64,000 nt of DNA, taken from NCBI RefSeq assembly GCF_009914755.1, contig NC_060930.1; one strand, 5' to 3'. The stretch is from the human T2T-CHM13v2.0 reference genome, Homo sapiens. The position numbers were made by a program, and so were the translations under genes. The first letter of the stretch is position 1; each line of letters begins with the position of its first letter. The notes below the pieces were generated by a model. That model searched no databases, was not told where the DNA came from, and worked only from the letters and a program-made list of their open reading frames with translations. Positions 14,993 through 28,492 of the stretch are shown here, in pieces.

Positions 14993-15799
14993 AACGCAAA
15001 TTCCAATAAGATTAAGAATCTCAGGATGACAAACACAAAGCCTTAAGCCCCAAGCACAAAGCCCTTTCTGATCTTGCAGCCCTGAGTGACTGCACGGGTC
15101 TCCATTCATGAGGGACCTGCCGGTGTTCCACGCAGGCTGCCCTCCCTGCCCCAGGAACTCCATCTACTCCCCACCCAACTTTAGATTATGACCACTTTCT
15201 AAACAAGTCTGAAAAGCTGCTCTGCTAATGGTTTACCAGCACCACCGGTGGCGCATATGCTGTGCTCACCACGGGAGTCAGTCCCTGGTGGATCTGGATC
15301 TGGGAGCGAAGGTGGCCCTGTGCCTTCCCTGGAAAGAATGAAGAACCCGCCGGGAAGGTGCCCTTTCCCAGTGAGCTCGTGCTCACTCTGCAGCGATGCA
15401 GAGCCCAGAGAGGAGGACCTAGGGCTCACGGCAGCATCTTACGAGTCAAGGCCTCAGATGTCAGCGAAGGCTCAGGCAGTTTATTCTTGCACAAACCACA
15501 GTCAGCCTTGGAGACATGGAGAAAGAGTCAGGTGACCCTGAAAGGAGCTGGAGTTTCAACAGTTCACTTGTCTTTACCACAGTCAGAAAAATACCTTTTA
15601 TGGTGAAAACAATTAACTTATTCTCACTTCTTTGGTTCATGTGTCCAAAGTTTCTGGAATTCTTTTAGCTAACCCATTTGCCATTTAATAAGGGCCTTCT
15701 AGAGACAAAAGCTTCCAAACACAAAGAGGTGACCATTTGCAAGAACTTGAGGCATTGTTGCATGTTGGTAAAAAGGATCTTTTTAAAAACAAGCCTTTA

Positions 15800-16120
<321 letters not shown>

Positions 16121-16899
16121 TCAAAGGATAGCAGAATAGCCCTCCTATCCCAGGAACATGGATGCTGTTCAAGTCTCTGTATGACACAAGAGACCCTTCA
16201 CTGCCCGAGTGCAATTTCTCTCTGCCTCATAGACAAGGGGAACAAACTCCGGCAGAGCCAAGCAAGGGTGTGAGGGGCCAGGTGTATTTCCATGGCACAT
16301 TGTTGGCAGCCACGCAAACAGGTTCTGGTTATTTATTCCTCATCATTCCAGAGGCAGCAGGGACAGTGACTCCCATAGCCTGGCATATCACATCTTGTCA
16401 CTCTGTCAGGGAAGACTGTCTACATAAGAAATGAAGGACAGAATCAAATCCTTTTCATAAATCACCAACTGACTCAATTTGCAAAACCCAAAATAGTAAT
16501 AAAGTTACACAAAGTCACAGTGTATGTAACTTTAAGCATTTTCCCATTTTTGCACCTCTTCTTTTTTTAGCCAACCAGGATCAAAGGCCAAATATCCTAT
16601 CTGGAATAAGAAATCCTTAAGAAAAATGAGTATGGGTCTTTTTGGGGTGCATCTATTATATCCTTCCATATTTCATATCTTCCCAGAGAAATAGTGTTTG
16701 TTTTTATTCCCCATACCTGAGAGAATTCTAGAATCTCAGTCTATTTCAGTTGTCCAGAGAGGAGAATCGAAGGCCCAATAGCTTCCTAAGAATGGGTCCG
16801 GGCTTAAACACAAACAAGGCTCAGCTCTCATGAACTTTATCACAGAGCAGGAGGGGGGCAAATAATAAACTAGGATTTTTTAGTTTATTTATCTGATAG

Positions 16900-16914
16900 G
16901 ATTACCAGATCAAG
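16900..16914 (+). CDS. Putative 15-nt microexon (DYQIK)
   Basis: Acceptor ttttttagtttatttatctgatag|, exon GATTACCAGATCAAG, perfect donor AAG|GTAAGT; phase 0-0. Confidence 0.35.
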
Positions 16915-17079
16915 GTAAGTGCTCTGGAGGAAACAGGGTAATATGCGGGGATGGGGAGTGACTCCAGCTGATTCCTTTGGGACCACAGGAACAGTGAGTA
17001 CAAAGACCCCAAGGCAGCCAGTCACATCATCCTTATTCAATGGGCCACTGATGCTGACGATAAGGAGCAAAGCTGAGAA

Positions 17080-18090
17080 AAGTATGGGATGAGATCAGAG
17101 ATAGCCAGGACAGGTACGTGAGGCCTTGTTGGTGCTGGTGAAGAGTCTGGTTTTTATCATAAGTTCAGAGAAAAATTGACAGAGGTTTTGGTGCAGGAGG
17201 AGGAACACCCTCTGCATTAGGTTTGAAAAGGTCCCTCTGGCTACTGTGTGAAAAAGTGGTTGTAGGGCCTGTGTTTTTTGCTAGAGCTGCTGTACCAAAG
17301 TACCACTACCTGAGTGGGTTGAAACAACAGATACTTATTTTCTCACTGTTCTGGAGGCTTGGACTTCAAAATCAAGGTGTTAGCAAGACCATGCTCCCTC
17401 TGAATCCTCTAGGGGACAATCCTTCCTTTCCTCTTCCTAGCTTCTATTAGTCCCAGGCAGTCCCTGGCCTGTGACAGCATCACTCCGATCTGCCCCATCG
17501 TCATGCGGCCATCTTTCCTGTGTAACTCTGTCCCTTCTCCTCTTGCTGTAAAGACACCAGTCTGATCGGATTTGGCCCCACCCTCATAACTTTGTTTCAC
17601 CTTGATTATATCTGCAAAGGTCTGATTTCTATAAATAAGATTACATTCAAAAATCACCTGAGAGTTAGGACTTAAAGATAGCCTTTGGGGGACATCATTC
17701 AACCAATAACAGGGCCAGAGGAGCAGAGGCAGGGGCTTTTAGGAGGGAAGGAAGAGGTGAGATTCTAAACACATTAAATCTTGACTATGTTTCATAACTC
17801 TACCCACAAGACTTGTGGAGGGTGAAGGAAAGAGGACAATTGAGAGTGACTTCTAGAATTTCAGATAATGCAACTGGGAAGATGGTGATGCCACTTACGG
17901 AGATGGGAGAGTAGGGGGTAGGTCAGGCTTAGAGGGCAAATCAACAGCTCTATTTGGGACATGTTAAATTTGAGATCCCTTCTAAACACCCAAACAGAAC
18001 TATGAAGAATATGCTTGGGAGTAATGTCTAGACCTCAGGTGAGGGTCTGGACTGAAAATGTAAATTTGGAAATTAGTAACATGCAGATCT
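17080..18090 (-). mobile_element. L2 fragment interrupted by an MLT1 LTR
   Basis: L2 minus-strand motifs (aggtccctctggctactgtgtg; tttgggacatgttaaatttgagat). Confidence 0.65.
17270..17711 (-). mobile_element. MLT1C-like MaLR LTR
   Basis: gctgctgtaccaaagtaccac...aaacaacag...ggacatcattcaaccaataaca. Confidence 0.85.
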
Positions 18091-18196
18091 TCATTTTGAT
18101 TTGAATTCCATCATGAGACCGTTGAGATTTTGAATAAGGCAATAATATTAAAACAAATGATAAAAACTATTTTCATCATCTCATATGTTTCCCAAG

Positions 18197-18259
18197 AAAG
18201 TCATTACTTTAAACTTCCAAGCGAAAAGAGAATATCATGAGGCCAGAATATTTTTTAAG
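18197..18259 (+). CDS. Putative microprotein exon 4 (KVITLNFQAKREYHEARIFFK)
   Basis: Acceptor catctcatatgtttcccaag|, perfect donor AAG|GTGAGT; 63 nt; open only in phase 0. Confidence 0.4.
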
Positions 18260-18440
18260 GTGAGTAGATGCCTTGGTTTATGTTGTGTATTTGAAAAAGT
18301 GATTGAACCCTGTGTTGCTGGCTTTGTTACTCAAGAACTTCTGAACTCCTGGATTTGGTTATCTGTCAAGGATAGGTATATCTTGTCTGGCACCAATTTT
18401 TTTCATGTTTTGAACAAATATTTATAAATCTAAAATAAGC

Positions 18441-18825
18441 TGTAATAAAGAGTCTGGCTCCGTGGATTGGTGGGGCTTTTAAGCCTCACCCATCCCTCTC
18501 CAGCTCCCACATCTGAGCAGGCTGATAGGAAGCCTGGGTGTTCCCTCTTTGGCACCAGCAGGACACGCAAGTCGTGCAAGCCCCTTCCCATGCACTGGAA
18601 CCCTCACCCCAGCCCCACCCATGGCCATAATAAAAACCTCAAGCCAGTCTCCTTTCCCTGCTTTCACAAGACATTTTCAGACCAACCTGGGAAGCTTTCC
18701 TTGCTCTCCCCAAAAGCCTGATAGTGTGTGTAATAAACCTTTTTACAGTATCTTTGTATGTGTGTGGCATCATCAGTCTCAACATCCAAATTTTGGGTGC
18801 AAGTCTATCCTGCTTCTTCAAAGCT
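18441..18825 (+). mobile_element. ERV1-class solo LTR fragment (family not resolved)
   Basis: Begins tgtaataaagagtctg; LTR-like body with AATAAA near 18732. Confidence 0.55.
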
Positions 18826-19959
18826 AACCTCCCAGAAATCAGGGATGAAGCACTGTCTAGGAAAGAAAAGACATGCTTAGCATTACTATATAAAAGAAAA
18901 AAGCAGCTTAGGGCCTGATGAAACAGCTGGATCCATGAGAGAGGAATCTCATGAGCCTGGGGTCACTCAGTAAGACCCCCACCTCCTTAGCCTGGCTTTT
19001 CCATGACGCAGTAAGACCCTCCCAGCTAGCCACCGCTACAAAAGCCATCGGAGGGAGCCATTCTCCACGGAGCAGCAGCAGCAAAGCATGGGTGGAAAGA
19101 GGACTGGGGGCTGGCTGGCCTTCCTTGGGGAATTCTTTTCCAATACAAATCAAAATCTACTTTGCAAGCGAAGTGTTCGTAAATTGTAGAAATTCACCTC
19201 ATGGTATAGGGGCCAGAGGATGAGTAGGGGAGAAAAAGAGATGAAGAAAGGATTATGAAGCCTTGGCCAGAGTGAGAGGGCCAAAATGACACCCTCTAGC
19301 TGGTCAGAATAAGACAAAGGATCGAATTACCTGGAAAGCATATGCGTCTGTGGAGTGAATATTCTTTCCTCTAAACCACTCAGAGTTTTCAGGGGAAGTC
19401 CTCGGAGAATCAGTAACCTCTAAACATATTACATCTTGACTATGCACCTGTTTCGTACTTGTTAGCAGGAAATGTGCACTAAATTACAGGAACGCACAGC
19501 CAGGAAAGAGGGGTCGTGGTCTGGGTGCAAGTGGCAGATGTAAGGGCAACGTGGACAAAACCCATGGAGGTCGCAAAAGACACAAGAAAACACACCCTTT
19601 GGTCTGGTTCAGAAGGAAGCAGGAAGGAACACACGGGGACCTTTGGGTGCTATAGAAAGAGGATGAGAGAGCTGGGACTGCACCCTAACAGACGGGAAAC
19701 TCATTGAACAACTCTCTTCCTTGATTTCTCTTCTATAAAATAATGAGGTTAAATTGGATGATCTCTAAAGTCTGAAATCACTACCTTTCCATAATTCATG
19801 GTCCCTAAATCAAAAGCATCAGGCTTAACAATCCGAAAGGAGGCCGGGAGGGAATATGACCAGATTCAGTTCCCTTCCAGCAGATCTTTATTATTATTTT
19901 TTTCTTTAATCTGTGAGTCCATCTGAACAAGATGCCAACCTTCATACCCCAGAAGTAAA

Positions 19960-20935
19960 GTAAGATCCCCCACTGAGTCCCGGGGTCCCTGGGAATCCAC
20001 TGCCCTCCCTGGGGCTGGAGCGCTGGGTGCCAGTCTCCACTCTCCACCACACTCCTCTTTTGACCCCACCGCCAGTCACGAGGCCGCTGGGAAATAACTC
20101 AATCCCTTCAGCTCCTGGCGATAACTTATACAGGGTTTCTCCACGGGAACTGCCAAAAACATCTAAGCTCCTTCCCGCAGTTGGGAATCGCTGCCCTGCA
20201 AATGAAAAAGGAGACTAAACAAGAGCAGGGAGGCGGTGCAGGCCCCCGACAGCGCAGAAGCCGCTGGACCTGCAGCTGACTGAAGCCCACAAAATGCGCA
20301 CCAGGAAAAGGCTGGTTTCCGCTCCGTTTTTAAAGCATGAGAGAAGCTACTGAGAACTGAAAAGTAAAGTCAGAATGCTTTGAAGGATATATATGCTAAT
20401 GTTTTTACATTATGCTTTTGGCCAGCAAGCCACCAGAACATCTGTTTCTAGCTAGGAGACTGCTCTCGGGAAACACTTTGGCAAATGTTCCCCTCCCACC
20501 TCGCAGCCCCACCCTTAGGCCAACCCCTCCTCACCGCCCGCTCCACGTAAAAAGCAAGAACAAGGGGCACGAAGTCCAGGAGGTCTGTGGTCCTGGCTGC
20601 TGGAGCCCGCGCCTGGCTCTCGGTGCTCAGCGCTGAGTTTCCATGAGGCTCCCCAGGTGAGGACCTGCCAGAGCACAGCAACGCGGCATGGGCAGGCACC
20701 TCCAGGCCTGGCTGGCAGCGCCCTGGGAGTGGTCCCCTGGTACCTCTGCGGCGGAAAGAGGGTAACAACAGGCTTCCTATCTGAGGCTAACCCCTAGGTC
20801 GACGTACCAGGTCTCCAGCTGTTATTCTGACTGCCTCCATCTCCAGCTGCGGTGTGATTGCTGGAGCCCCCGTCCTTCACCGTCGGCCCTGGAAACTTCC
20901 CAGTGAAAGATACAAGAAACAGGGAGAGGTGGCCG
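19960..20935. promoter_or_regulatory. GC-rich, CpG-retaining unique segment (weak CpG island or enhancer candidate)
   Basis: Clustered CpGs (e.g. ggagcccgcgcc, gcaacgcggc, ctgcggcgg, ggtcgacg) against a depleted background. Confidence 0.5.
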
Positions 20936-21311
20936 GCTTAGTCCGATTTGTGCTGCTCTAACAGAATACCTGAAACTGGGTAATTTATAAAGGAACAGAT
21001 ATTTATTTCTTACAGTTCTGGAGACTGGGAAGTCCAAGATCAAGGGCCTGCATCTGGTAAGGGCCTCCTTGTGGTGTTATCCCATGGACGAAGGTAGAAG
21101 AGCAAGAGAGGAAGGAGGCCGAATTTATCCTCATGTCAGGATCCCATCCTCAATAACGAACCCACTCCCTCAGGAACAGCATTCATCCACTCACTAGAGC
21201 AGAGCCCTCATCTCCTAATCACCTCTCTTAAAAGTCCTGCCTCTCAACACAATTGTGTTGGGGATTGAGCTTCCAACACATGAACTTTGGGGACACGTTC
21301 AAACCATGGCA
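20935..21311 (-). mobile_element. MST/MLT1A-type MaLR LTR
   Basis: cttagtcc...tgtgctgct...actgggtaatttataaa...ggggacacgttcaaaccatggca. Confidence 0.88.
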
Positions 21312-21454
21312 ATGGCTGTCCTCATGTTGAATATTAACTGAGATAAAGTCTATCTACTAGACTTGAAGACCCTGCAGGAATTACCACTAATTCATATGTC
21401 TAAACTGCAATAAATTATAGCAGGAAATAAAATGGAATTTCCAGGAGCTAAACG

Positions 21455-21680
21455 AGAAGATCTTATGAACACAAAGAAGAAAGCAACAGACATTGGGGTC
21501 TGCTTGCATGGGGAGGGTGAGGGAGGAGAGGAGAAGAAAAGGTAACTATTGGGTACTGGGCTTAGTACCTGGGTGATGAAATAATGTGTACAGCAACCCC
21601 CCGGGACACGTGTTTACCTATGGAACAAACTTTCACATGCGCCCCCAAACCTAAAATAAACATTAAACAAATAAAAATAG
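21455..21680 (+). mobile_element. L1PA (about PA15/16) 3' end
   Basis: ggtactgggcttagtacctgggtgatgaaataat...acctaaaataaa. Confidence 0.85.
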
Positions 21681-22264
21681 AAATAGGATGGAATTCTGCT
21701 TTGCCTCCTTAACATTATGAGTTTTTTCATAATCTTCTATTTTGTGTGTCTGATATTTGAATCTTTGAAATGTTTGATCATTTCAAACACCAGCTCTATC
21801 TTCTCCCTCATCATGGGTATCATGTTATGGAATTCACTTCTCCCTTCTTCTCTGCACACTTAAAGGTCTTCACAAAAATGTTTAAATCTCTTTACCCCCT
21901 TTTGTCTATGAAGTTCTTTATCCCATAGAAGGGGTGACAGGCTAGGAGGCTGAAGGACATCATGCATTCTGACAGAGAAATAACACTTTCACTACAAACT
22001 GAAAAATGTACCCTCTTGAGTCAGTATTTCCCTCGTGCTATTTACACAGTCCTATGAAATAAGGAAACGTGGAAAGATCACTCTACCTTGAGGGCCCAGA
22101 AGAGTGAGCGATGGCCCTCTGGCTTCAGGGGAGCCCATGGTTAGCAGGCCACTTAACAGGAGAAGCCCTTCCTGGTTTAAAACTTCATCTGTTTCATGTT
22201 ATCCTCATTTCTTTCCAGACCATTCTTCACCCTCCTTGCCTTCTCCCTACTGGCATCTCAGGCC

Positions 22265-22272
22265 TGACGTCA
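22265..22272. promoter_or_regulatory. Full palindromic CRE (TGACGTCA)
   Basis: Exact CREB/ATF/CREM consensus; motif match only. Confidence 0.3.
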
Positions 22273-22276
22273 TGGC

Positions 22277-22910
22277 TGTGTGTGAGGTGTAAATGTGTGT
22301 AGTGTGAATGTGTGTGTGGCGTGAATATATATGTGGTGGATGTGTGGTGTGTGGTGTGTATAGTATGTATGTGTATGTGGTGTGTGGTGTGAACGTGTGT
22401 GCAGTGTGTGTGTGTGGTGTGAATGTATATGTGGTGCATATGTGGTGTGTATAGTATGTATGTGTATGTGGTGTGTGGTGTGAACGTGTGTGTGGTGTGT
22501 GTGTGTGGTGTGAATGTATATGTGGTGTGTATAGTATGTATGTGTGTGGTGTGTGTGGTGTGAATGTGTATGTGTGTGAGTGGATGGTGGGTGTGGAGTG
22601 TGTGGTATATGTGTCTGTGTGTGTGTAGTGTGTGAGTGCATGGGTGGCTGTGGTGTGTGGTGTGACTGTGTGTGGTGTGTGTGATATATGTTGTGAGTGG
22701 ATAGTGAGTGTGGCGTGTGGTGAGTGTGAGTGGATGGTGGGTGTGGTGTGTGAGGTGTGAGTGTGTGTGTGGTGTCTGTTGTATGTGTGCAAGTGGATGG
22801 TGAGTGTGGTATGTGTGATGTGAATGTGTGTGTGGTGTGTGAGTGGATGATAGGGGTGGTGTGTACATGGTGTGGTGTGTGTGTGTTTGTGGGTGGGTGT
22901 GTGTGTGTGT
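22277..22910. repeat. Complex (TG)-rich tandem repeat with higher-order units
   Basis: Interrupted TG/TGG/TA arrays; a block of about 85-90 bp is repeated in 22350-22570. Confidence 0.95.
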
Positions 22911-23300
22911 AGGGGGATGTTCCTCTGGTTCTCACAGCCGCCATGTCAATGTCTTGTTGACGCAAACCTCTGTCTTGGAAGTCAGCTTCTGTCTCCACTG
23001 CCAGGTTTCTTGGAGCTTTTAATATGCCAGTGTGCATCATGGAATGTAGTACTTGACACAGGTGCTTATTGGCAGGCAGGGGCCCTGCTGGTCCCAGCCA
23101 TCAAGTTATCTCTTCTTCTTTAATGTGATGAATACACCTCTTTTGGAAGCCCTATGTTGCCCTCAGAATCACCAAGGAGCATGCAGTTAGTGAGCAAAAA
23201 TTAAATACCAGCCTCTGGCAAACCTAAATCCAAATATGTCCCCATTACTAAGTACAGTATAGTAGCCCTATAGGCAATGGATGGGACTAACTGCATATAA

Positions 23301-23585
<285 letters not shown>

Positions 23586-23974
23586 TGAGTTGTAAAGATA
23601 CTTGTCTCAATGGATTAGCATCCTACGTGTTCTGCCCTGAAATGTAACCTTAGATAGAAATCTAAGCTTGAACACCCATTGCTCTGCAAGTCCAGGACAA
23701 GAGTCTATTGCCAAAACCCTAGCTGAGTTTTCCAGAAAGAGCCCATCTGAAGACTAGGGATGTTCTATCTTCCTCTAATTGCCTCCTAACCTCTTCCCCA
23801 TTCCACCCTACCAGATCATTCCATAATGGAGGAGATGAATGCTTTTATAATCCATTAGAGGAAACCCATAGAGGCCTCACCCAAAGCAGATCTGCAGTGA
23901 GCATTTGTGTCTAATAAAGATGCTGAAAACTGCCAACTCACCCTCATCAGAACCAGGTGAACAAAAAAAGGGGA

Positions 23975-24328
<354 letters not shown>

Positions 24329-24454
24329 TAATTTGAATTCAAGTTTATTTCTCACCTAGAAGCTTAAACTAATTCCACTATATCCGCTGCTCTGTGCGGT
24401 ACTTGTTTACGAGGCAAATGAGAATAGAAATGGTTTTTTGGATCAACACCTTTA

Positions 24455-26205
24455 ACCAGGTTGGAGTTTCCTTCTATTTTTAGTTAACTGAGAGATGTTA
24501 TCATAAATGAATACTGAATCTGACAATGCTTTCTCTTGGTCTATTGCAATGAAAACATGATTTGACTTTAGGTTTTTTTTTTTGTTTTTGCTATGATATT
24601 TTGTTGTTTTTGTTTTAGTTTGTTAATGTGGTGAATTATACAGTTTGATTTTTACATTTTAAACCAATTTTGCATTCCTAGGATAAACTCCAGTTGGCTA
24701 TAACATGTCATTCTTGTTATATATTGTTGGATACAATTTACTAAAAATTTGTTAAGAATTTCTGTAACTATTCTCATGATGATATTAGTCTGTAGTTTTC
24801 TTATAATGTCTTTGTCTGGTTTTATTATCCTTTATCATTTATTATAAGGTAATGCTAGCTTCACAGTGTGACATACGAAGTACTCTCTTCTTTAATTGTC
24901 TGGAAGAATTTGGGTAGAACTGGAATAATTTTTTTTGTAAATAATTGGTATGACTCATCAGTGAAACCATCTGTGCTTGAAGTTTTCTATGTGGGAAATT
25001 TTATAGCTACGAATTCAATGTTTTTAATACATACAGGACTATTTAAGTCATCTATCTCTTTTTGAGTGAGCTTTGGTAATTTACATCTCTCAAGGAATGT
25101 GCCCATTTCATCTAAGTTGTCAAATTTATTGGCATAAAATTGTTCACAATAGTCCTTTATTATCTTTTAATATCTGTAGAATCTGTAATGATATCACATC
25201 TCTCATTTTTTCTATTGGCAATTTGTGTCTTCTGTCTTTTTTTCCTGGTCAGTATGGCTAAGATTTATTAATTTTATTAATTTTTCTCAAAGATAAATAT
25301 TCTCTATTGTTTTTCAAGTATATATTTTATTAATTTCTTTATTATTTCCTCTCTTCTACTTACTTTGAAATTAATTTGCTTTTTAAGAAATCGTTTGTTT
25401 CCTGAGTTGGAAAGTGAAGTCATTGATTTAAGACTTCTCTTCTTTTCTGATATAATTTAGTGCCCTAACTTTCCCAAGTACTACTTTAGTGTCATGTCAT
25501 AAATTGTTATCTGCTGCATTTTCATTTTAATTCTGTTGAAAACACTTTTGAATTTCTCCTTTGAATTCTTTTTTGATTTATGAGGTTTTTTAGAAGTGTG
25601 TTGTTTGATTTTCAAAGATCTGGATTTTCTAGAATTTTTTTTGTTACTGATATCTAATTTAATTTCATTAGATGAGAGAACATTTACTGTATAAGTATTC
25701 TTATTTTCAACGTATTGAGACTTCTTTTATGGCTAATTATATGATCTATCTTAGTAAATGCTCTGTGTGCACTTGAAAAGAATGTGTATACTGCTATTGT
25801 TATGTGGAGTGTTCTATAAATGCTAATTAGGTCAGGTTCATTAACAGTGTTGTTCAGGTCCTCTTCTATATCTCTGACAATTTTTCTGTCAACTTGTTCT
25901 TTTCATTATTAATAAAGAGGTATTGAAATCTCTAACATGCTTGTGGCCTGGCTATTTGTCCTTGTAGTTCTATCAGTTTTTGCATTACATGTTTTGAAGC
26001 TCTGTTATTAGGCACATAAGTGTTTATAATTGTTATAACCTCTTGAATTGACCCCTTTATCATTATGAAATGATCTTCTTTATTTCTGTTAATTACTTTG
26101 TTCTCAAATCTACTTTGTCAGATATCATTATAGCCATCCCAGTTTTCTTTGGATTAATGTTCCCATTAGCATAGTGTTAGCATCCTTTTTTCAATAGTTT
26201 TACTC
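24455..26205 (-). mobile_element. Old L1M ORF2-region fragment
   Basis: T-rich L1 antisense motifs (tgcattcctaggataaa; cttgaaaagaatgtgta; gacccctttatcattatgaaatg). Confidence 0.88.
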
Positions 26206-27289
26206 CAATTTGGTGAGAATTAGAAATCTTCTGGACATTTTTTTTTCTTTTTTAGAGTCTGATTCTAAAAGACAATTGACATTGCCTTTCCTTGGTCTCA
26301 GCTACATGGGATACAGTGGAGGTGGGAGGACTTTTCAGGTTCTTCCCAGCCTGTGACACTTCATATCAGTGGGCCTGGTGAGGCTAGGATAGCTCCGTAA
26401 GTTCCCATACAGTTAGTTACCTACTAGAGTTAGAATATTTGACCTATGAACCTCATCCCACCTTTTACCCTATTTGCTTCTGAATCTTCATATTCAGCCC
26501 AAGAAAACTCTCTCATTTTCCTGATTGGTCTCACTCTTCTAACTGTAATCATGGCATATCTAATTAGACAGTACCCAAAGGTAGTATAGGGAACAGGGTG
26601 GGGGCCCTTTTATTTGAAGTGAGCTTACAATCATGGGAGAGATTCAGCTGTGAGTGCAGTCAACTCTAAATGATCAACTGGTTGAGATACAACATAAAAA
26701 AGAAATTGGAGTTTACTGAGGTAGTGAGGCTGGGGAGGAAGAGAAAGGTAACAAGGTGCCCTGAAGACAATTAGTTAATAACTACAGATATTTATCTTTC
26801 TGTCTTGAGAGAGCTAAAAGCACTACCCAGGAGTAAATATTTGTCAGATGTTGGCATCAGCCAATGCTTCTTCTAAGCTCCTCTTCAGCCATTCATCAAT
26901 GTGATGCAAGCTCTCTAGTGGCCATGGCTCCAGATCTTCTCTTCTCATTGGAACTCACTTTTCGCCTCACCTACTTCTACCCACATGTGCATTGCTGCAT
27001 TCTCTGACTTCATCTTAAAGTTGTCTCTCATTCTTCCCACTAAACTGCTGGAAACAGAGATAGTACAAACCTTACTCCCCAACCCTGAAACCCCAATGTA
27101 TCTTGATGAGTACTTGTCCCATCCTTTTGCAAGGCCAGTGGGGCTCTGCTGCCACCTAACTTTTCAGACCAGCAGCACACCTTGCAGACCAGAGATTGCA
27201 AACTCATAGCCCCAGGCCAAGTCTGTCCTTCAAGGGTATTTATTGGACGATACATTGTACTTCTATCTTTAATTTCAAAAACTTTAAAA

Positions 27290-27358
27290 GTCAGGATATT
27301 TTACATTAAAATGTTAATTTCCAGCGTATCTTGAAAAATCAGAACCCCTGGCAACACA
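27290..27358 (-). mobile_element. hAT/MER-type DNA transposon fragment (MER112-like)
   Basis: tcttgaaaaatcagaacccctggcaacac resembles a remembered terminal sequence. Confidence 0.35.
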
Positions 27359-28492
27359 GGATTTGTCTTTCTAAATGGCAACTCTCTTTAAATGGGCACT
27401 TGCTCTCCTGGTGGTCACAGTCACCCCCAGCTGGGTTCCCTCACATTCTTTATCTGCTTGGTCCCTATGAACATTTGGCGCTGTTATTTCTGCTGCAGAT
27501 GGAAACTTGTGCAGGATAAATATGGGCAGATGCTTTTTTTCCTCTTTGTTGGATGTCACAAACATAATGTCCAGATGTAAGAATTATTTTTAAGAGAGCA
27601 GGCGTATAAGACATTTGGACTAAATTATAAACTGTAATGACAAAACTCATCATTTTGCTTTGAGAAATATTGCTTTAAGCCATTTCCTTTAGGCTGCTCA
27701 CCTGCCTCAATTCTCAGAACTATGATTCGGCCCTGTGTTCATCCTTCAGAATTTTTATGTTTAAAAGATTTGTTTGAAAACACTTAAATACTGACATACA
27801 AACTTTTTTTGGCCACAGCATTTTAAACGAAAATAGTATGGAAAGTACATCCCAAGGAAATTCTGAACCTTAAGAAAATGCATATTTTACCACATGTTTT
27901 CAATTATTTTGGAATGAAGTTGAAGCTGTGGAGACCAAGCTTGGCACTGGGAACCATTGGCCTGGTCACCATCCCCACAGCTTTCATCATATGACACACA
28001 ACAGCCTTCCAAACAGAGCCTTCTGAGGTCAGCTTCCAAGTGTCATCTGGCCCAGTCCAGGCCTTTTACAAAGAGAGGAAAATATGTATTATCTACCCTC
28101 AAGCTCATGCCCCAGTGAATAAACCAGGATGTGAGATTCAGATGCTTCATTTGTCCTGCACATTGACTCTCAGAGGTGCCAGCTACCTTCCCACCATCTT
28201 CCAGGTTTCATTCTTCATTGGAAACAGAAAAGCCTATTAGGGTAAAACTTTATTTTTCTACATGTGTTGGCTTTGAGAGATGGTTTACTTTGAACACCCA
28301 CCTAGGTTGAATGAGAGTCTTCCCTGACTCAAAAATGGCACAGTATTATTTATGGCCAAGTACAAAGTTTCTTTGGATGAATTATAGCAGAGATTCCATG
28401 AACCAACACCACATTCAAGGGACACTCGAATGGTCGAGTAGCAGTCGATTTAGTGTGTGCCAGGAGATCTCAAAGAGTCACTCCTTTAGATG

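Noticed and set aside
14253-15606. GC-rich stretch with many overlapping ORFs of 90-150 aa
   Set aside because: No recognisable domain, interrupted by an Alu, and open frames on both strands are expected at this GC content.
20715-20732. CTCF-like motif in the GC-rich segment
   Set aside because: Spacing does not fit the core consensus.
22227-23040. Long His/Thr-rich ORFs (181-256 aa) on the minus strand
   Set aside because: Translations of the (CA)-rich repeat; all three frames stay open only because the repeat lacks stops.
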